Source: a virus (Duplodnaviria; Caudoviricetes). From it: a stretch of 52,919 nucleotides of DNA. This document shows, piece by piece, positions 28,508 through 39,459 of the stretch; position 1 is the first letter of the stretch; each line of letters begins with the position of its first letter. Under the pieces are notes generated by a model that had not been told where the DNA came from, made no database searches, and worked only from the letters and a program-made list of their open reading frames with translations. The stretch covers positions 1 through 52,919 of the IMG/VR virus record IMGVR_UViG_3300022223_000005; one strand, 5' to 3'. Made by a program: the position numbers and the translations under genes.

Positions 28508-28518
28508 TTTAATTTGTA

Positions 28519-29688
28519 TTATGTTAAATAATTATCGCTATAATCTGCTGACGAGTAGTCAGGTAACTGTATTGATATTTGCCAAGTTGTTGTATCATTA
28601 ACTCCTTGGAATGTTTGACCTGATACGCTGCTGATAAGATCAGCACTAATATGAAGGTAATAAACACCATTAGAAAATATTTCTGCTGTTAATCCAGGTA
28701 TGTCAAGTCTATTTCCTGAAACGCTCATATCTGAAGGGTTAAAAGTAGACCGTAATACATTTGCTTGATTGTATAATTTTATAGTACCAGTTGAATTTAG
28801 AACTATGTTTTCACTGAATAGAACCTTTCCATCTGGTGGAACTGATAAAATGGTATATGTACCTTCTGGAAAATATTGTGTTACTACCAAAGGTAAAAAC
28901 AATTGATTTTCAAATGCGAATTTTTGTGTATCATCTCTATTTAAAAACATTTCTGCCTCAAAATCATTTGCTGTAGCTTCTGGTTCACCAAACTCTATCG
29001 GTGTACTACTATATGCCCTTATGTTATTTACATATAATTCTGTTGAGGTTATTGTATCTTCAAGCCTATCCTGAGTGAATTCATCGAAATATTCTAATAT
29101 GTATCTACTCTTTCTTTTCTTTATATTCCTTGTAGAAACAGTTCTGTTTGTGCTTATTTCGTGGTATTCATCCCTTTCACTTTCGTTTATTCTGTTTTTA
29201 TACCAAAATCTTAATCGTATAGATTGGTAGTAATCAGATCGACTATATTGTGTGCCGTATAAATCACCCTTATTTTTATAGTCTAATCTAGTTGTGAATT
29301 CTTTTTCATACGATGTTGTCATAAAAAAATTAGTCCACCAAGTATCGTTGTTTACTGTGTTCCTAAATCTTAAACTTACAATGTTTGATGGAAAGTCATT
29401 TTCATTTATGAACTCCCAAGTTATTTGATTGATTCCATTTGAATCTGTAAACTCTAATATTTTAATGTATGAAGTGACATTAACCAATTCATTTCCGCAT
29501 TCATCTACAAGGAAAACATCATATGAATCATTAAAAACTATATCTGTTTCGCTGTTTGATATTTGCAAATATGTTTCACCCGGACATAATTGTATCGCCC
29601 CAAATGAAAGTATGGATGCTTGTGCATTTTCATTTACAGAAATCGCTTCGCTAAATGTATCTTTTAATCTTAAAAAACTATTATCCAT
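28519..29688 (-). CDS. putative tail protein with C-terminal Ig-like domain
   Basis: C-terminal FSENIV..GTIKLY..YYLHISADLI..W resembles bacterial Ig-like (Big_5-type) domains. Confidence 0.55.
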   Translation of the reverse strand: MDNSFLRLKDTFSEAISVNENAQASILSFGAIQLCPGETYLQISNSETDIVFNDSYDVFLVDECGNELVNVTSYIKILEFTDSNGINQITWEFINENDFPSNIVSLRFRNTVNNDTWWTNFFMTTSYEKEFTTRLDYKNKGDLYGTQYSRSDYYQSIRLRFWYKNRINESERDEYHEISTNRTVSTRNIKKRKSRYILEYFDEFTQDRLEDTITSTELYVNNIRAYSSTPIEFGEPEATANDFEAEMFLNRDDTQKFAFENQLFLPLVVTQYFPEGTYTILSVPPDGKVLFSENIVLNSTGTIKLYNQANVLRSTFNPSDMSVSGNRLDIPGLTAEIFSNGVYYLHISADLISSVSGQTFQGVNDTTTWQISIQLPDYSSADYSDNYLT

Positions 29689-32354
29689 TATAATGTTTCA
29701 ATTGCTGTTACTAAATCAACTATGTTTTCGTATTTAACCCCATTGACGCTAACCCTATCATATCTTAATCTATTAGCCAAAGGTAATGTGTTTTGGTCAA
29801 AAATTTGAATATAATTGTCCTTTGCGTTGTATTCGATGTAATCTATTATATTTTCATCATATCCAACTTCATTAATGAATAAAACACCGCTTGATGAGGT
29901 TATTCTTAACGTGTCTGATTCATGTCTTATTTCACCAACTATTTCCATGGTATTTTTAGCCCATGTGAAATCTGATTTTTGAGGGTGTATTTTTAGAACT
30001 CTTTTATAATTGTCAACTACCCTAACAAATCCGCGAATTGATTTTAATTTATCTCGATATGAAATATATTGTGAGAAATCACAAATTATGTTTGTGGTTA
30101 CTATTTTTGGAGACAATATTGCATCATCTAATTTATCTTGTGTTATGTCTGCATTTTCCTTTATCAAGTCGCCACTTTGAAATTGCGTTTCCAATTCACC
30201 ATCGTTTTTAAAATACGTATTCTTTATGATTCCACCTTTATAAAGTGTTGAGGTTTTCAAATACGACCCCCAATGGTCAATAATGTTTCTTTTAGGGGTG
30301 TATAATAGGTTTCCAAACTCATTAGGTCTAGTTATACCTGTAATTGAATTAAAGCCCTCATTTGTCCTTATTACGTAATTTACATTTGTGTATTGAAAAG
30401 TTATTTCAGTATATACATTTGAAGCCGAAAATGTACCACCTTGCAATATCATAATGTTGTTTGAAATCTCTAATACTTCATATTGACCTGCATTACCAGT
30501 ATTTACTATATTTATTGTTGATCCAACACCAAAACCAAGCAATGAGAAGTTAAATGAACCATCGTTAAGTAAATTCAAATTACCATCCAATATTAGATGA
30601 GTCAAAGACCTTTTTAATGTGCCTGTAGCCATTGGTGAAAGGCTTACAACGTCGTTTATAAAAACATTATCATCTTGTGTTAAAGACGTTTCATTTTCTC
30701 TAATGGCTTTGTCAATTGTTGTTTGTAAAAAAAATGGATCCCGGATGAAAGGTAAATTTATTTCTTTTTTGTTCTCAACATTTTTGTTTTTGTTCAACCA
30801 TTCCGTTTCGGTGTGAACGGCATCAATTGTGTTTCCATCGTCCTTGTCTTGGTTAAACTTAGAATATTTTAGCCTAAATTCATTTATGGCAAATCTTTCA
30901 TTAGATGTTTTTTCAAACGAATCCGTAGGCGGCATTTCAAATGATGCTATTTCGTTATTAGTATAGAAATCTTCGTATTTACCAACGAAAACAGTCCTTT
31001 CGGATGTGTTTACATTTGTATCTGTTTCATAATCTGAGTTGAATTCCTGTAACTGGCTCGCAATGTCTTTCCAGTTCAAAACAAATTTATTGTTTTTACC
31101 ACGGATCATGTTACCACTGTATATAAAATTGTCATACCATTCACCACCTAGATCAAATCTTGGTGCCGATAAATTAAACTCTTGGTTTATACTGCTTGTA
31201 ACCTGTGTCATTCCGTCTATAAGTCTAACACAAGGAACAACTATATCAATAGACGAACGTGTTGCCGTTACCTCAACCTCAATGTTTTCCAATATTGTTT
31301 CAACGGAATAGTTTGCTAGACTCCCAGGTGATGAACTGCTAAATGTTGCTGTTGATTCGTGTTGGAAATATATGTACAACCTGTTTCCACTTGTTATTTC
31401 ATCCAATTCAAGTGAAAATGAGGTTGGCAAATCTTCTTGTACTTCTCCTTCAGAAAAATCATAGTTTTTTTCATATAAAATGTGCGTTTCTGTTATTGAT
31501 CCAACGTTTGTACCAATCTTAACGACTAATCTAATGGACCCCGATCCACTTGTAACTACATCACTAAAAAAATCTGTTATGTTTTGTTCGGTGTAACCTT
31601 CAACGTTTTTTATCTGTATCGATATATCATTGATATTATTTTCGGCCTCAATAAATGTGAATGTCTCTATGTTTGGATTTCCTGTAGCCAAACTCAATCC
31701 AGCTAATTGAGATATAAAAGAAAGCGTGTTTTGAACACCATAATTATTTGTATTGTTGGCTGTGTTCAATCCGGTGTTAAATGTTGTGCCGCTGCTTATG
31801 GTCCTAGAAAATCCACGGGCTTCATTTATGCTATTCCACGTACTTAATTGAAAAACTGGTTTTCCTTTGATTAAAACATTTTGTGTTTGAACTGGAGAAA
31901 TGTCTTGATCATCTAAATCCTTATCACTAAAAACATCAACCTTTGTGTCTATTCGCCTTTTAAGAGCTGCCTGTGAAGTGTCCTGTATGATCTTGCAGGT
32001 GAAATGGAGATAATCATCTGTTATTGCCGTTTTAAAGTCTATTTCACCAACCACATAAAAAATATCTCCCTCTTTTAGAATATACTCAACATTTGATTCT
32101 GAACCTCTCACATCATTGTATTCAATTAACTTTTCAAAATGGAATCCATATAAATTGCATGTGTTGGTAAATACAAAATCAATCTCATCACCGGCAAAAC
32201 TTTCATCCCTTCCATATCCTTTATCTCTTTGATTTAAAAGGAAATTTGCCCCATCAAACCCAATAGGCACATCGATCTGGACCAATCCCGTTTCATCATC
32301 TTTAAAATTAAGATAATGCTGCAATGTACCTATATTTAGTGGCTCTGTGTTCAT
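29688..32354 (-). CDS. tail tip/hub structural protein
   Basis: 888 aa, immediately downstream of the tape measure gene. Confidence 0.6.
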   Translation of the reverse strand: MNTEPLNIGTLQHYLNFKDDETGLVQIDVPIGFDGANFLLNQRDKGYGRDESFAGDEIDFVFTNTCNLYGFHFEKLIEYNDVRGSESNVEYILKEGDIFYVVGEIDFKTAITDDYLHFTCKIIQDTSQAALKRRIDTKVDVFSDKDLDDQDISPVQTQNVLIKGKPVFQLSTWNSINEARGFSRTISSGTTFNTGLNTANNTNNYGVQNTLSFISQLAGLSLATGNPNIETFTFIEAENNINDISIQIKNVEGYTEQNITDFFSDVVTSGSGSIRLVVKIGTNVGSITETHILYEKNYDFSEGEVQEDLPTSFSLELDEITSGNRLYIYFQHESTATFSSSSPGSLANYSVETILENIEVEVTATRSSIDIVVPCVRLIDGMTQVTSSINQEFNLSAPRFDLGGEWYDNFIYSGNMIRGKNNKFVLNWKDIASQLQEFNSDYETDTNVNTSERTVFVGKYEDFYTNNEIASFEMPPTDSFEKTSNERFAINEFRLKYSKFNQDKDDGNTIDAVHTETEWLNKNKNVENKKEINLPFIRDPFFLQTTIDKAIRENETSLTQDDNVFINDVVSLSPMATGTLKRSLTHLILDGNLNLLNDGSFNFSLLGFGVGSTINIVNTGNAGQYEVLEISNNIMILQGGTFSASNVYTEITFQYTNVNYVIRTNEGFNSITGITRPNEFGNLLYTPKRNIIDHWGSYLKTSTLYKGGIIKNTYFKNDGELETQFQSGDLIKENADITQDKLDDAILSPKIVTTNIICDFSQYISYRDKLKSIRGFVRVVDNYKRVLKIHPQKSDFTWAKNTMEIVGEIRHESDTLRITSSSGVLFINEVGYDENIIDYIEYNAKDNYIQIFDQNTLPLANRLRYDRVSVNGVKYENIVDLVTAIETL

Positions 32355-35300
32355 TATACGCTTTTGCTTGTTATGGTGAATCTATTATTTAAAATTTGTG
32401 TTCTTGTATTCTTTTTTGTTTGGAACTTTCTATACCCTTTTTCATCAAATATTATTTGACCACCTTTGCTAGTTCCTATGGCATTTTCTATCCTCTTGGC
32501 GTGGTTTGATAAATCGTTTTTAGTTATTCCATTGTTATTAATATGAATGTCTGGCTTTTGAGACTCCCTAAATACACCATTAAAATTAAGCATTTTATCA
32601 AGCTCTCTTTCAAACTCATTTTCATTTTTAAATACGTCCGTTCCTTTAGGCAAATTATAAAGCGTGTCTTTACTTGGTGTTTTAAATACATTTCCATCCG
32701 GAGTTCTTACTATTTCTGATACACCACCATCACCAAGTATGGCCTGACCTCCTTCAAAGTTTCTTACACCATCTTTAAATTGTGGGATTTGTTGCGCTGC
32801 TATCAAAGCTGTTTTAGCTGCACCAATTATTCCAACGGTAATAGATAATGGAATATTTCCAGTAGACAAAGCTTTGGTAACGGCTACGGCTGTATTTATA
32901 ATTGATGATGATATTGCCGTGGCTTTTTCTGTTTTAGCCTGTTTAGTTAATAATTGCGCTCTCCTTTCTTGAAACTGTCTTTCGATTTCTTCACGTGCTG
33001 CCTTTGTTTCTTCTGTGTTTGCAATTCCTGACAATTGAAGCGCCTTTTCTTTTTCAAGTAGATTTATTTGACCTTCTATTTGTTTTCTTTGGAACTCTGC
33101 AACGCTTGAAAATATTTCTGTTGCTAATTGCCCAAATGACTTAGCGGCCTCACCTACGTTTTCAAAACCATTGACTATACCATTAAAAATAGTCCCCAAG
33201 TTTTCACCACTAACACCCAATATGTTTCCAATACTGGAAAATGCATCTTGTATCTCTGCTTTAACTCTTTCAAGTCTAGCCTTTTCATCTTCCTCATCCA
33301 ATCGTCTTTCTTCTATTAGAATGCTATTTAATTTACTTCTAAGTTTAGAAAGTTCACTTTCTAATTCGGCTTTTTTATCAACTGTAATAGCGAATGCCAT
33401 TAGTTCATCTGAAAGAAATTTTATTTGTGATTGAAGTTGTTTTTTAAATTCTTTGTTTCTAAGCTTGGTGACTTCTCTATCAATTTCTTCCGTCTTTTTA
33501 CCACGATCCAATAACGATTCGATTAAAATGTTTTCAGCTTTTTTAACTTCATTGTTTTGCTTTGCTTGAAAACTTTTGAAATCTGAAACTCTTTTATTGT
33601 AATCGCTCAATAATATTTCAGCTCTTTCTTTTATCGCTGTTTCTTCGAGTTGTTTCCTTTTAAAATTAAATTCCTCTTGTATTTTTATTATTTTTTTGGT
33701 TCTTTTTCCAGCTAATCGTACAGCTTCTTTTTCTTCTAAATCCAACAATTCAAGCCTTTTGCCTAGTGATAGAGTGTGATTTAGATTTCTATTAAATAAT
33801 ATTTCATTTTCATCTTTAGACGAATCAGTTGTGATTTTTATTATCCTTTCTAGCCTTGATTTTTCTAAATTGAAAATGTCTTTATTTAATTTTTTTTGAG
33901 CGTCTACGGCTTCATTATTAGTTTTCTTGTTTAATGATCTTAATAGCTTCAATCTTATTTTTTCTAACTCTACAATCAAAGTTTTTTCGGCCTCAGTTCT
34001 TACCGAATGACTTTTGTCTATTTGTGATTGCTCTGACAACGTGAATTCCTGAGACTCTGGAGGTGTTGGCTGTACTGTTGTTTGACCTTTTGCTAAAGCC
34101 TCTAAATCTCTATAGTATTGATCCCATAGAGCTTTGTTATTAGAAAGTTTTTCATTGAGTGTTTTCACAGATTTTTCGCTTTCTACCTTCTCAATCTCTT
34201 CAACTTCGCTAAACAATGTAGCAGTTCCATCTTTTTGATCCTTTATGTTCTGATTTATTAACTCTAATTTTTTAGCATTTGCCTTTTTTTCATTGTCTAT
34301 TTCTTCATCAATTGCTCTTAATTGTTCATTTACTTTGGCTAAAGTATTTTTAACTATTGCTTCAGTAGCTAAATCTGCATTTCTTTTTAGATCGATAAAA
34401 GCCTGAGACGTTTCCTTTACTCCATCTCTGAATGCTAGAAATATGCCTATACCTGCCGCAATTGCTCCAATCAATAAACCTGCTGGATTTGCTTTTGTAG
34501 CTACATTAAACAATTTCATTGCTGTAGTTGCCTTTCCGATTCCACCTGCTAAAGCAATTTTAGCTATTCTCAAACCTACTATTATAGCTGAATAAGCTCT
34601 AGTAACTAGGCTGACACCCAATACAACTGCTTTATATATTAGAAATGCCTTACCTACTTTTATTATGGTATTTAATATAGTAGATAGGTTTTTTGCTAAA
34701 AAGGCAATAGTATCTTTCAATGTTAATGATGCACCATTTGAATCATCCATTGACAACACAAATCCTTCCCATGCTGATGTAATCAATTTTATGGACCCAT
34801 CAAGTGTATCAAGTTCTTTTTTGGCCATTCCTTCTGCAGTTCCTGCAGCTTTCTGCAGGGCTTCATCTAGTTCATTTGTTTGGTCTATATTTTCAGCCAA
34901 AATAGCAGAAGAAACGGCCGCTCTTTTTCCAAATTCATCATTTGCTGATGTTAATTTATCTTGACTCTTTTTTATTTTTTCTAGTATTTGCTCATAGTTA
35001 AGACCCTGTGAAGCACTCTCAATGAATATATTTCTTAATGCTGTCGATGAGGTCGAAACGTCAATACCCGAATCGGATAATTTCCCCATCAATGCCACTA
35101 ACTTAGTAAATGGAATACCTGCCGCATTTGCCGCACCTGCTACAATTGGAATACCGGTTTCTAATTTAGAAAAGTTCAATGCGCTTTTAGCCGTTGACAA
35201 TGAAAGTATATCAATTATCTTTGGCGCATCACTAGCACTTAGATCATCAAAAGTATTTACAACCGCACCAACTAAACCGGCTGTTTGGCCTAGCTCTGAG

Positions 35301-36235
35301 TTCATGGCGATAGAACCCTGTATGGTTGCTTCGGTAAGTTCGATTATTTGTTGTTGTGAGAATCCAAGACGCGCATATTCAATCTGCAGACCTGTGACTT
35401 CTGACGCTGTTTTTACGGTTTCCGATCCAAGACGCGCAGATTCTTCTCTTAATTCTTTTGTTTCTGATTTAGATTTCTGAAGAACTCCGGCAAGTGTAGC
35501 GTTTTGTTTTTCATAATCACGCATTACACCAATAGCGTTTCGCATTACTTGAACAAATAAGAACGCACCGCCAACTAGTTCAAGAGCCGACGCAAATTGC
35601 CTGGCCGCCCCTGCAGCTGCGATTAAACCTTTTGGATAGTTCCCGACATTCCTTTGGAATCGCCCTATTGACTTATCAGCTTTTAAAACCGCATTTTGAT
35701 ACCTATTAAAATCCTTTGTGGACCTTTTAAGTTCAATCTGCTCACTTTTAGACAATGCACTTCCTTGCGCTTTCTTTGCGTTTAAACTTTGAACTGATGC
35801 TCCGGCTTGATTCATCCTTACAACTAGTTTTTGATACTCAGTTGTCATTTTGGACGTTAAAATAGCGTCTTGTTTTTGAGCTTTGTTTAATGCTGCTAAT
35901 TCAATACGCAACTTGTTAAGCTCTTTAGCTTCTTTGCTAGTTGCTTTTTCTAGTTTTGCCTTTGTAGATTGTAAAAGCTTATTTATACGTTGTTCTTCTT
36001 TTAAATTTGCAACATATTGTTTATGAGTTCCATTTACTTTTGCAAGAGCTTCCTCATATTCCTTCTGAACTGTTTTAAGCTGCTCTAATGACTTTAAGTA
36101 GTCACTTGGTAGTTTCTGGTTGTTTTTATTAAACTCCTTTAGCTCATCGACTGTTTTGGAAATCTCCTTTGTTAAGTTTTTCCATGTCTCAGTTATTTTT
36201 TTTACCTGTCCTCCACCATCTAAATTATTCGACAT
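32354..36235 (-). CDS. tail tape measure protein
   Basis: 1293 aa helical; TP901-type core (TASEVTGLQIEYARLGFS..LDTLDGSIK..SAWEG). Confidence 0.92.
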   Translation of the reverse strand: MSNNLDGGGQVKKITETWKNLTKEISKTVDELKEFNKNNQKLPSDYLKSLEQLKTVQKEYEEALAKVNGTHKQYVANLKEEQRINKLLQSTKAKLEKATSKEAKELNKLRIELAALNKAQKQDAILTSKMTTEYQKLVVRMNQAGASVQSLNAKKAQGSALSKSEQIELKRSTKDFNRYQNAVLKADKSIGRFQRNVGNYPKGLIAAAGAARQFASALELVGGAFLFVQVMRNAIGVMRDYEKQNATLAGVLQKSKSETKELREESARLGSETVKTASEVTGLQIEYARLGFSQQQIIELTEATIQGSIAMNSELGQTAGLVGAVVNTFDDLSASDAPKIIDILSLSTAKSALNFSKLETGIPIVAGAANAAGIPFTKLVALMGKLSDSGIDVSTSSTALRNIFIESASQGLNYEQILEKIKKSQDKLTSANDEFGKRAAVSSAILAENIDQTNELDEALQKAAGTAEGMAKKELDTLDGSIKLITSAWEGFVLSMDDSNGASLTLKDTIAFLAKNLSTILNTIIKVGKAFLIYKAVVLGVSLVTRAYSAIIVGLRIAKIALAGGIGKATTAMKLFNVATKANPAGLLIGAIAAGIGIFLAFRDGVKETSQAFIDLKRNADLATEAIVKNTLAKVNEQLRAIDEEIDNEKKANAKKLELINQNIKDQKDGTATLFSEVEEIEKVESEKSVKTLNEKLSNNKALWDQYYRDLEALAKGQTTVQPTPPESQEFTLSEQSQIDKSHSVRTEAEKTLIVELEKIRLKLLRSLNKKTNNEAVDAQKKLNKDIFNLEKSRLERIIKITTDSSKDENEILFNRNLNHTLSLGKRLELLDLEEKEAVRLAGKRTKKIIKIQEEFNFKRKQLEETAIKERAEILLSDYNKRVSDFKSFQAKQNNEVKKAENILIESLLDRGKKTEEIDREVTKLRNKEFKKQLQSQIKFLSDELMAFAITVDKKAELESELSKLRSKLNSILIEERRLDEEDEKARLERVKAEIQDAFSSIGNILGVSGENLGTIFNGIVNGFENVGEAAKSFGQLATEIFSSVAEFQRKQIEGQINLLEKEKALQLSGIANTEETKAAREEIERQFQERRAQLLTKQAKTEKATAISSSIINTAVAVTKALSTGNIPLSITVGIIGAAKTALIAAQQIPQFKDGVRNFEGGQAILGDGGVSEIVRTPDGNVFKTPSKDTLYNLPKGTDVFKNENEFERELDKMLNFNGVFRESQKPDIHINNNGITKNDLSNHAKRIENAIGTSKGGQIIFDEKGYRKFQTKKNTRTQILNNRFTITSKSV

Positions 36236-36243
36236 AATGAGTT

Positions 36244-36927
36244 TTAATTATTTTGTTTAGAGTTCAATTGTTTAATCTTCTCTTTGTATTGCTTTTCATA
36301 TGAGATATATTGCAACATATTCATTTTAATTGGCATTGACCTATCCAATGTTAGCTCAATGTCTGCCACTACATCATAATATAGCTGTAAGTCATTTTCT
36401 TTTTCATCTTCTTCTTCCTTGAATAGAATCTTGTACTTTGTTTCGAGTCCTCCCTTTACATTTTCAACGATGTTTATATTTCTTTTAAGAGAATACGACG
36501 ATTTTAAATTAATGTTTGTATGTATTTTCTTCAATGAAATAGCGAAACTTTTAACGGCATCTTTTACAACTTCATTTGGTAGATACTTTTTATCACTTTC
36601 AAGAACTTTCATAAGGTCCTGTATTTCCTGAATCTTTTTTATCTGAAGTAAAAGAATAACGCTTTTCTTCTTTTTTTTAAGGTCCATTTTAAATTTTCCA
36701 TCATCTACTCTATTGAAATATTCATCATACAACGAATACCAAGCCATTTTCAACTCATCTAAATCCGTTTCATTGTAATCAAGTACTTTTTCATCAACAT
36801 TGTTTTTATCTAACAATCTATGATCTCCATTGAATTTAACTTTATGAAACAATACCGAGTCGATTTCTATTAGACTAGTATATGGATTAACCTTTGAATT
36901 CTTGGATTGAAAAATATTCTGCCCCAT
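36244..36927 (-). CDS. hypothetical protein (tail assembly chaperone position)
   Basis: Directly upstream of the tape measure gene. Confidence 0.5.
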   Translation of the reverse strand: MGQNIFQSKNSKVNPYTSLIEIDSVLFHKVKFNGDHRLLDKNNVDEKVLDYNETDLDELKMAWYSLYDEYFNRVDDGKFKMDLKKKKKSVILLLQIKKIQEIQDLMKVLESDKKYLPNEVVKDAVKSFAISLKKIHTNINLKSSYSLKRNINIVENVKGGLETKYKILFKEEEDEKENDLQLYYDVVADIELTLDRSMPIKMNMLQYISYEKQYKEKIKQLNSKQNN

Positions 36928-37120
36928 TTTTAAAATTTGGTTTTATTGATTCTTTGAATATTATTTCAAAGCTTTTTTGTTCAACTATTTTTATGGGTCC
37001 ATTCTCATACAATCTATACACATATGACACAAACCCCTTTTCTTTATACAAATTCATGTAATATTTTATTACATTCTGTTCCGATTTGCTAACAGTACCG
37101 CATGGAATACAAGCGCTCAT
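36887..37120 (-). CDS. hypothetical protein
   Basis: 77 aa ORF in the tail operon. Confidence 0.5.
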   Translation of the reverse strand: MSACIPCGTVSKSEQNVIKYYMNLYKEKGFVSYVYRLYENGPIKIVEQKSFEIIFKESIKPNFKNGAEYFSIQEFKG

Positions 37121-37293
37121 AGTTTTATAACATCTACTTTAACAGCTATTTTGCGTACATTGTACTCAAAAATAAACCACTCGTTTGCAGTAAATTCTTT
37201 AGTGCCTCCATCTCCATATGTAACTATTACCTTTGAAATGGTCTTTTCATAATTATGTAATTCTGATATAGGTCTTGACATTTTTTCTATTTT

Positions 37294-37743
37294 TTAAAAT
37301 CCAACAAAGTCAAATAATCTTTTATGGATCATTCCGCCTGCTATGCTCAATACTTCTGCTTTTTCAAAGTCCGTTAACCCAAATACGTCCAAACCGTATT
37401 TTTGAGCTATTAAAGTCGCTTTTTCATCATCTGAAAATATAGTAAAAAGACTACCTGTCAAATGATTTATAACCAATTCATCTTGTAAGTTTCCAGTGTC
37501 AACCAAATCCACATTTCCTTTTGCCGATGGGTTAGAACTTATTTTTTCCTGTTGGTATGAAAAACTGGAATATTCACCAATTATTTCGCCATTAGGTCTT
37601 AATCCTAGTTTCCACCTGTCACGAACTTTTTTTACTATCTGGTTTTGATTCTTTTCTAGTTCCTCTTTCAGCATGTTTTGGACTAGTTGTGTGTTTATCG
37701 TCTTTAGTTTTGCCTGTATTTTTAACAGTTGGTTTAAATCCAT
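37294..37743 (-). CDS. putative neck/tail completion protein
   Basis: VDLVDTGNLQDE motif typical of phage morphogenesis proteins. Confidence 0.55.
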   Translation of the reverse strand: MDLNQLLKIQAKLKTINTQLVQNMLKEELEKNQNQIVKKVRDRWKLGLRPNGEIIGEYSSFSYQQEKISSNPSAKGNVDLVDTGNLQDELVINHLTGSLFTIFSDDEKATLIAQKYGLDVFGLTDFEKAEVLSIAGGMIHKRLFDFVGF

Positions 37744-37894
37744 TTTTTAATAATTCTTTATGAATTGTTTCCCTAGCGTTTGGTTTCTGAAAAAACTCTG
37801 GTGTTTTAAGTGCTGCATTCATCAATGTTTCGTAACTCAATGTTTCCAAAGCTTCTTTTCTGCATCCTACTCCGCAAATATTTATTGTTTCCAT
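37619..37894 (-). CDS. hypothetical protein
   Basis: Starts right after the terminator; overlaps the next gene by 125 nt. Confidence 0.45.
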   Translation of the reverse strand: METINICGVGCRKEALETLSYETLMNAALKTPEFFQKPNARETIHKELLKNGFKPTVKNTGKTKDDKHTTSPKHAERGTRKESKPDSKKSS

Positions 37895-37906
37895 ATTTTT
37901 TATATA

Positions 37907-37937
37907 AAAAAAGCCTGCCTAATTTAGACAGGCTTTT
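37907..37937 (-). terminator. intrinsic terminator after the major tail gene
   Basis: AAAAAAGCCTG..CAGGCTTTT inverted repeat. Confidence 0.7.
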
Positions 37938-37958
37938 ATATTGAATTAATGTTTTGTA

Positions 37959-38900
37959 TTAGGCTACTGTTGATAATGGAGCCGAACCCTTATAGAATTG
38001 ACCTGATGCGTTAACCGCAGCCGAATAACTGTTTGTTACATCTCCAAGAGATGGCTGAATGGTATCACCTACAACCAAGGCTGTATCTAATGTGAAATCA
38101 TATGAATTGGTTTCCGCATTGTACGCAACTGTATTGATAGTTGTCGCTGATGCCTGAACACCTCCAAGAAACCAATTGTTAGCATCTGTCATGCCTAGAA
38201 CATTAACGGACCCATTACAATCATTTACAGCCTTTACGCTAAATGTTGTGGCTGCTGTTGGTGCCGTGCTATAAGATAGTTTAGCATTAAGCACACCATC
38301 TATTTGTGTAGCGTCATATCCTAGCTCATCCCATGTATAAAATGTACCTCTTGTATTGTATTCAAGGGCATTTTTAAACTGAAACATTATGGATGTCTTT
38401 GATGAATCTGTTCCCTTTTTCTCGGTGAATGTTTCAATGTTGAAATCACCGCAATCGAAACCACCAATTTTAGTCTGTCCAATGTCATAAGTAAATAGCA
38501 TACCTGCTTCATACTTTATAACAACGTCCCATCTATTGAAACCCCTTTTGTCAAATGCGTTTGTATGGAAGCAATACCCGTTTACAAAATCAAATTGAAA
38601 CTCAGGCAAACCAAGTAAATTTGTTTTTTTAACCCCCCTGTCACTTGTTTCTGCTCCATTTGCCGGGGTCAAATTGTCAAACATAAATGAGTCATTGAAA
38701 TTGTAAATTGTACCGCCCTGAATAAATCCTTTGTATTCATCTTCAGTTGGAAGTGTTCCGGACGCTATGTTTAATGACCATCTTTTTGGATATAAGTCAA
38801 AGCCTACTGGCTCACCTCTTTCCTTCGTACAGTCTCCAACGCCCATACCTCTAATAGTATCTGATTCACAGTCACCTTGTTGATTTAATATAATTGCCAT
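37959..38900 (-). CDS. putative major tail protein
   Basis: 313 aa, position, followed by terminator, T/A-rich C-terminal extension. Confidence 0.6.
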   Translation of the reverse strand: MAIILNQQGDCESDTIRGMGVGDCTKERGEPVGFDLYPKRWSLNIASGTLPTEDEYKGFIQGGTIYNFNDSFMFDNLTPANGAETSDRGVKKTNLLGLPEFQFDFVNGYCFHTNAFDKRGFNRWDVVIKYEAGMLFTYDIGQTKIGGFDCGDFNIETFTEKKGTDSSKTSIMFQFKNALEYNTRGTFYTWDELGYDATQIDGVLNAKLSYSTAPTAATTFSVKAVNDCNGSVNVLGMTDANNWFLGGVQASATTINTVAYNAETNSYDFTLDTALVVGDTIQPSLGDVTNSYSAAVNASGQFYKGSAPLSTVA

Positions 38901-38913
38901 TTTTTTAGTGTTT

Positions 38914-39459
38914 TTAAGTTATACATTCTGTTTTTATTCTTATTCTCAATTTAATTGACCTAGCGTCAACATAATCTGTTATTACGCTTTTTTCAGACTT
39001 CTCACGACCTACTTTATTAAAATCTTTTTCAGCCGTTGAACTGGTACTTTCTAACAATCCAAAATTTGGAATATCAGTATATTCATACCGATCTTTTTTA
39101 CTTTCAGTCATTTCTTGAATGTATGGTGATTTATTCAATTCATAAACCATTTTTTCATACACTGGTTGAATTACTTTAGTAAAGTTTTGAAACGTTCTTT
39201 CGCCACTTAACCAATTAGGATTCGTATTTGTCAAAATAACAATAGTAGTATCACATTCTTTATATCCATTATAATCCTTAACTGGATTTGTGACATAAAA
39301 AATCAAAGGGAATTTATCTGCTGATACTCTATCGCATTCAGCGATGAACTTATCAAGCATATCCTGATTTCCACCTGTAGTTTGTACATTGTATGTCTTT
39401 CCATCTACATCAATGGTCATTCCAGTAAACAAAGTCTTTAATGATGCTGCTATAATCAA
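38914..39459 (-). CDS. putative tail terminator/completion protein
   Basis: Position between head-tail connector and major tail gene. Confidence 0.5.
   Translation of the reverse strand: MIIAASLKTLFTGMTIDVDGKTYNVQTTGGNQDMLDKFIAECDRVSADKFPLIFYVTNPVKDYNGYKECDTTIVILTNTNPNWLSGERTFQNFTKVIQPVYEKMVYELNKSPYIQEMTESKKDRYEYTDIPNFGLLESTSSTAEKDFNKVGREKSEKSVITDYVDARSIKLRIRIKTECIT

Noticed and set aside
18690-35480. Many short plus-strand ORFs opposite the structural genes
   Set aside because: Antisense shadows of long genes, with no recognisable motifs
36887-37894. lambda G/GT-type -1 frameshift in the tail chaperone region
   Set aside because: The overlapping downstream ORFs are in the +1 frame and have their own ATG; no slippery site connects them
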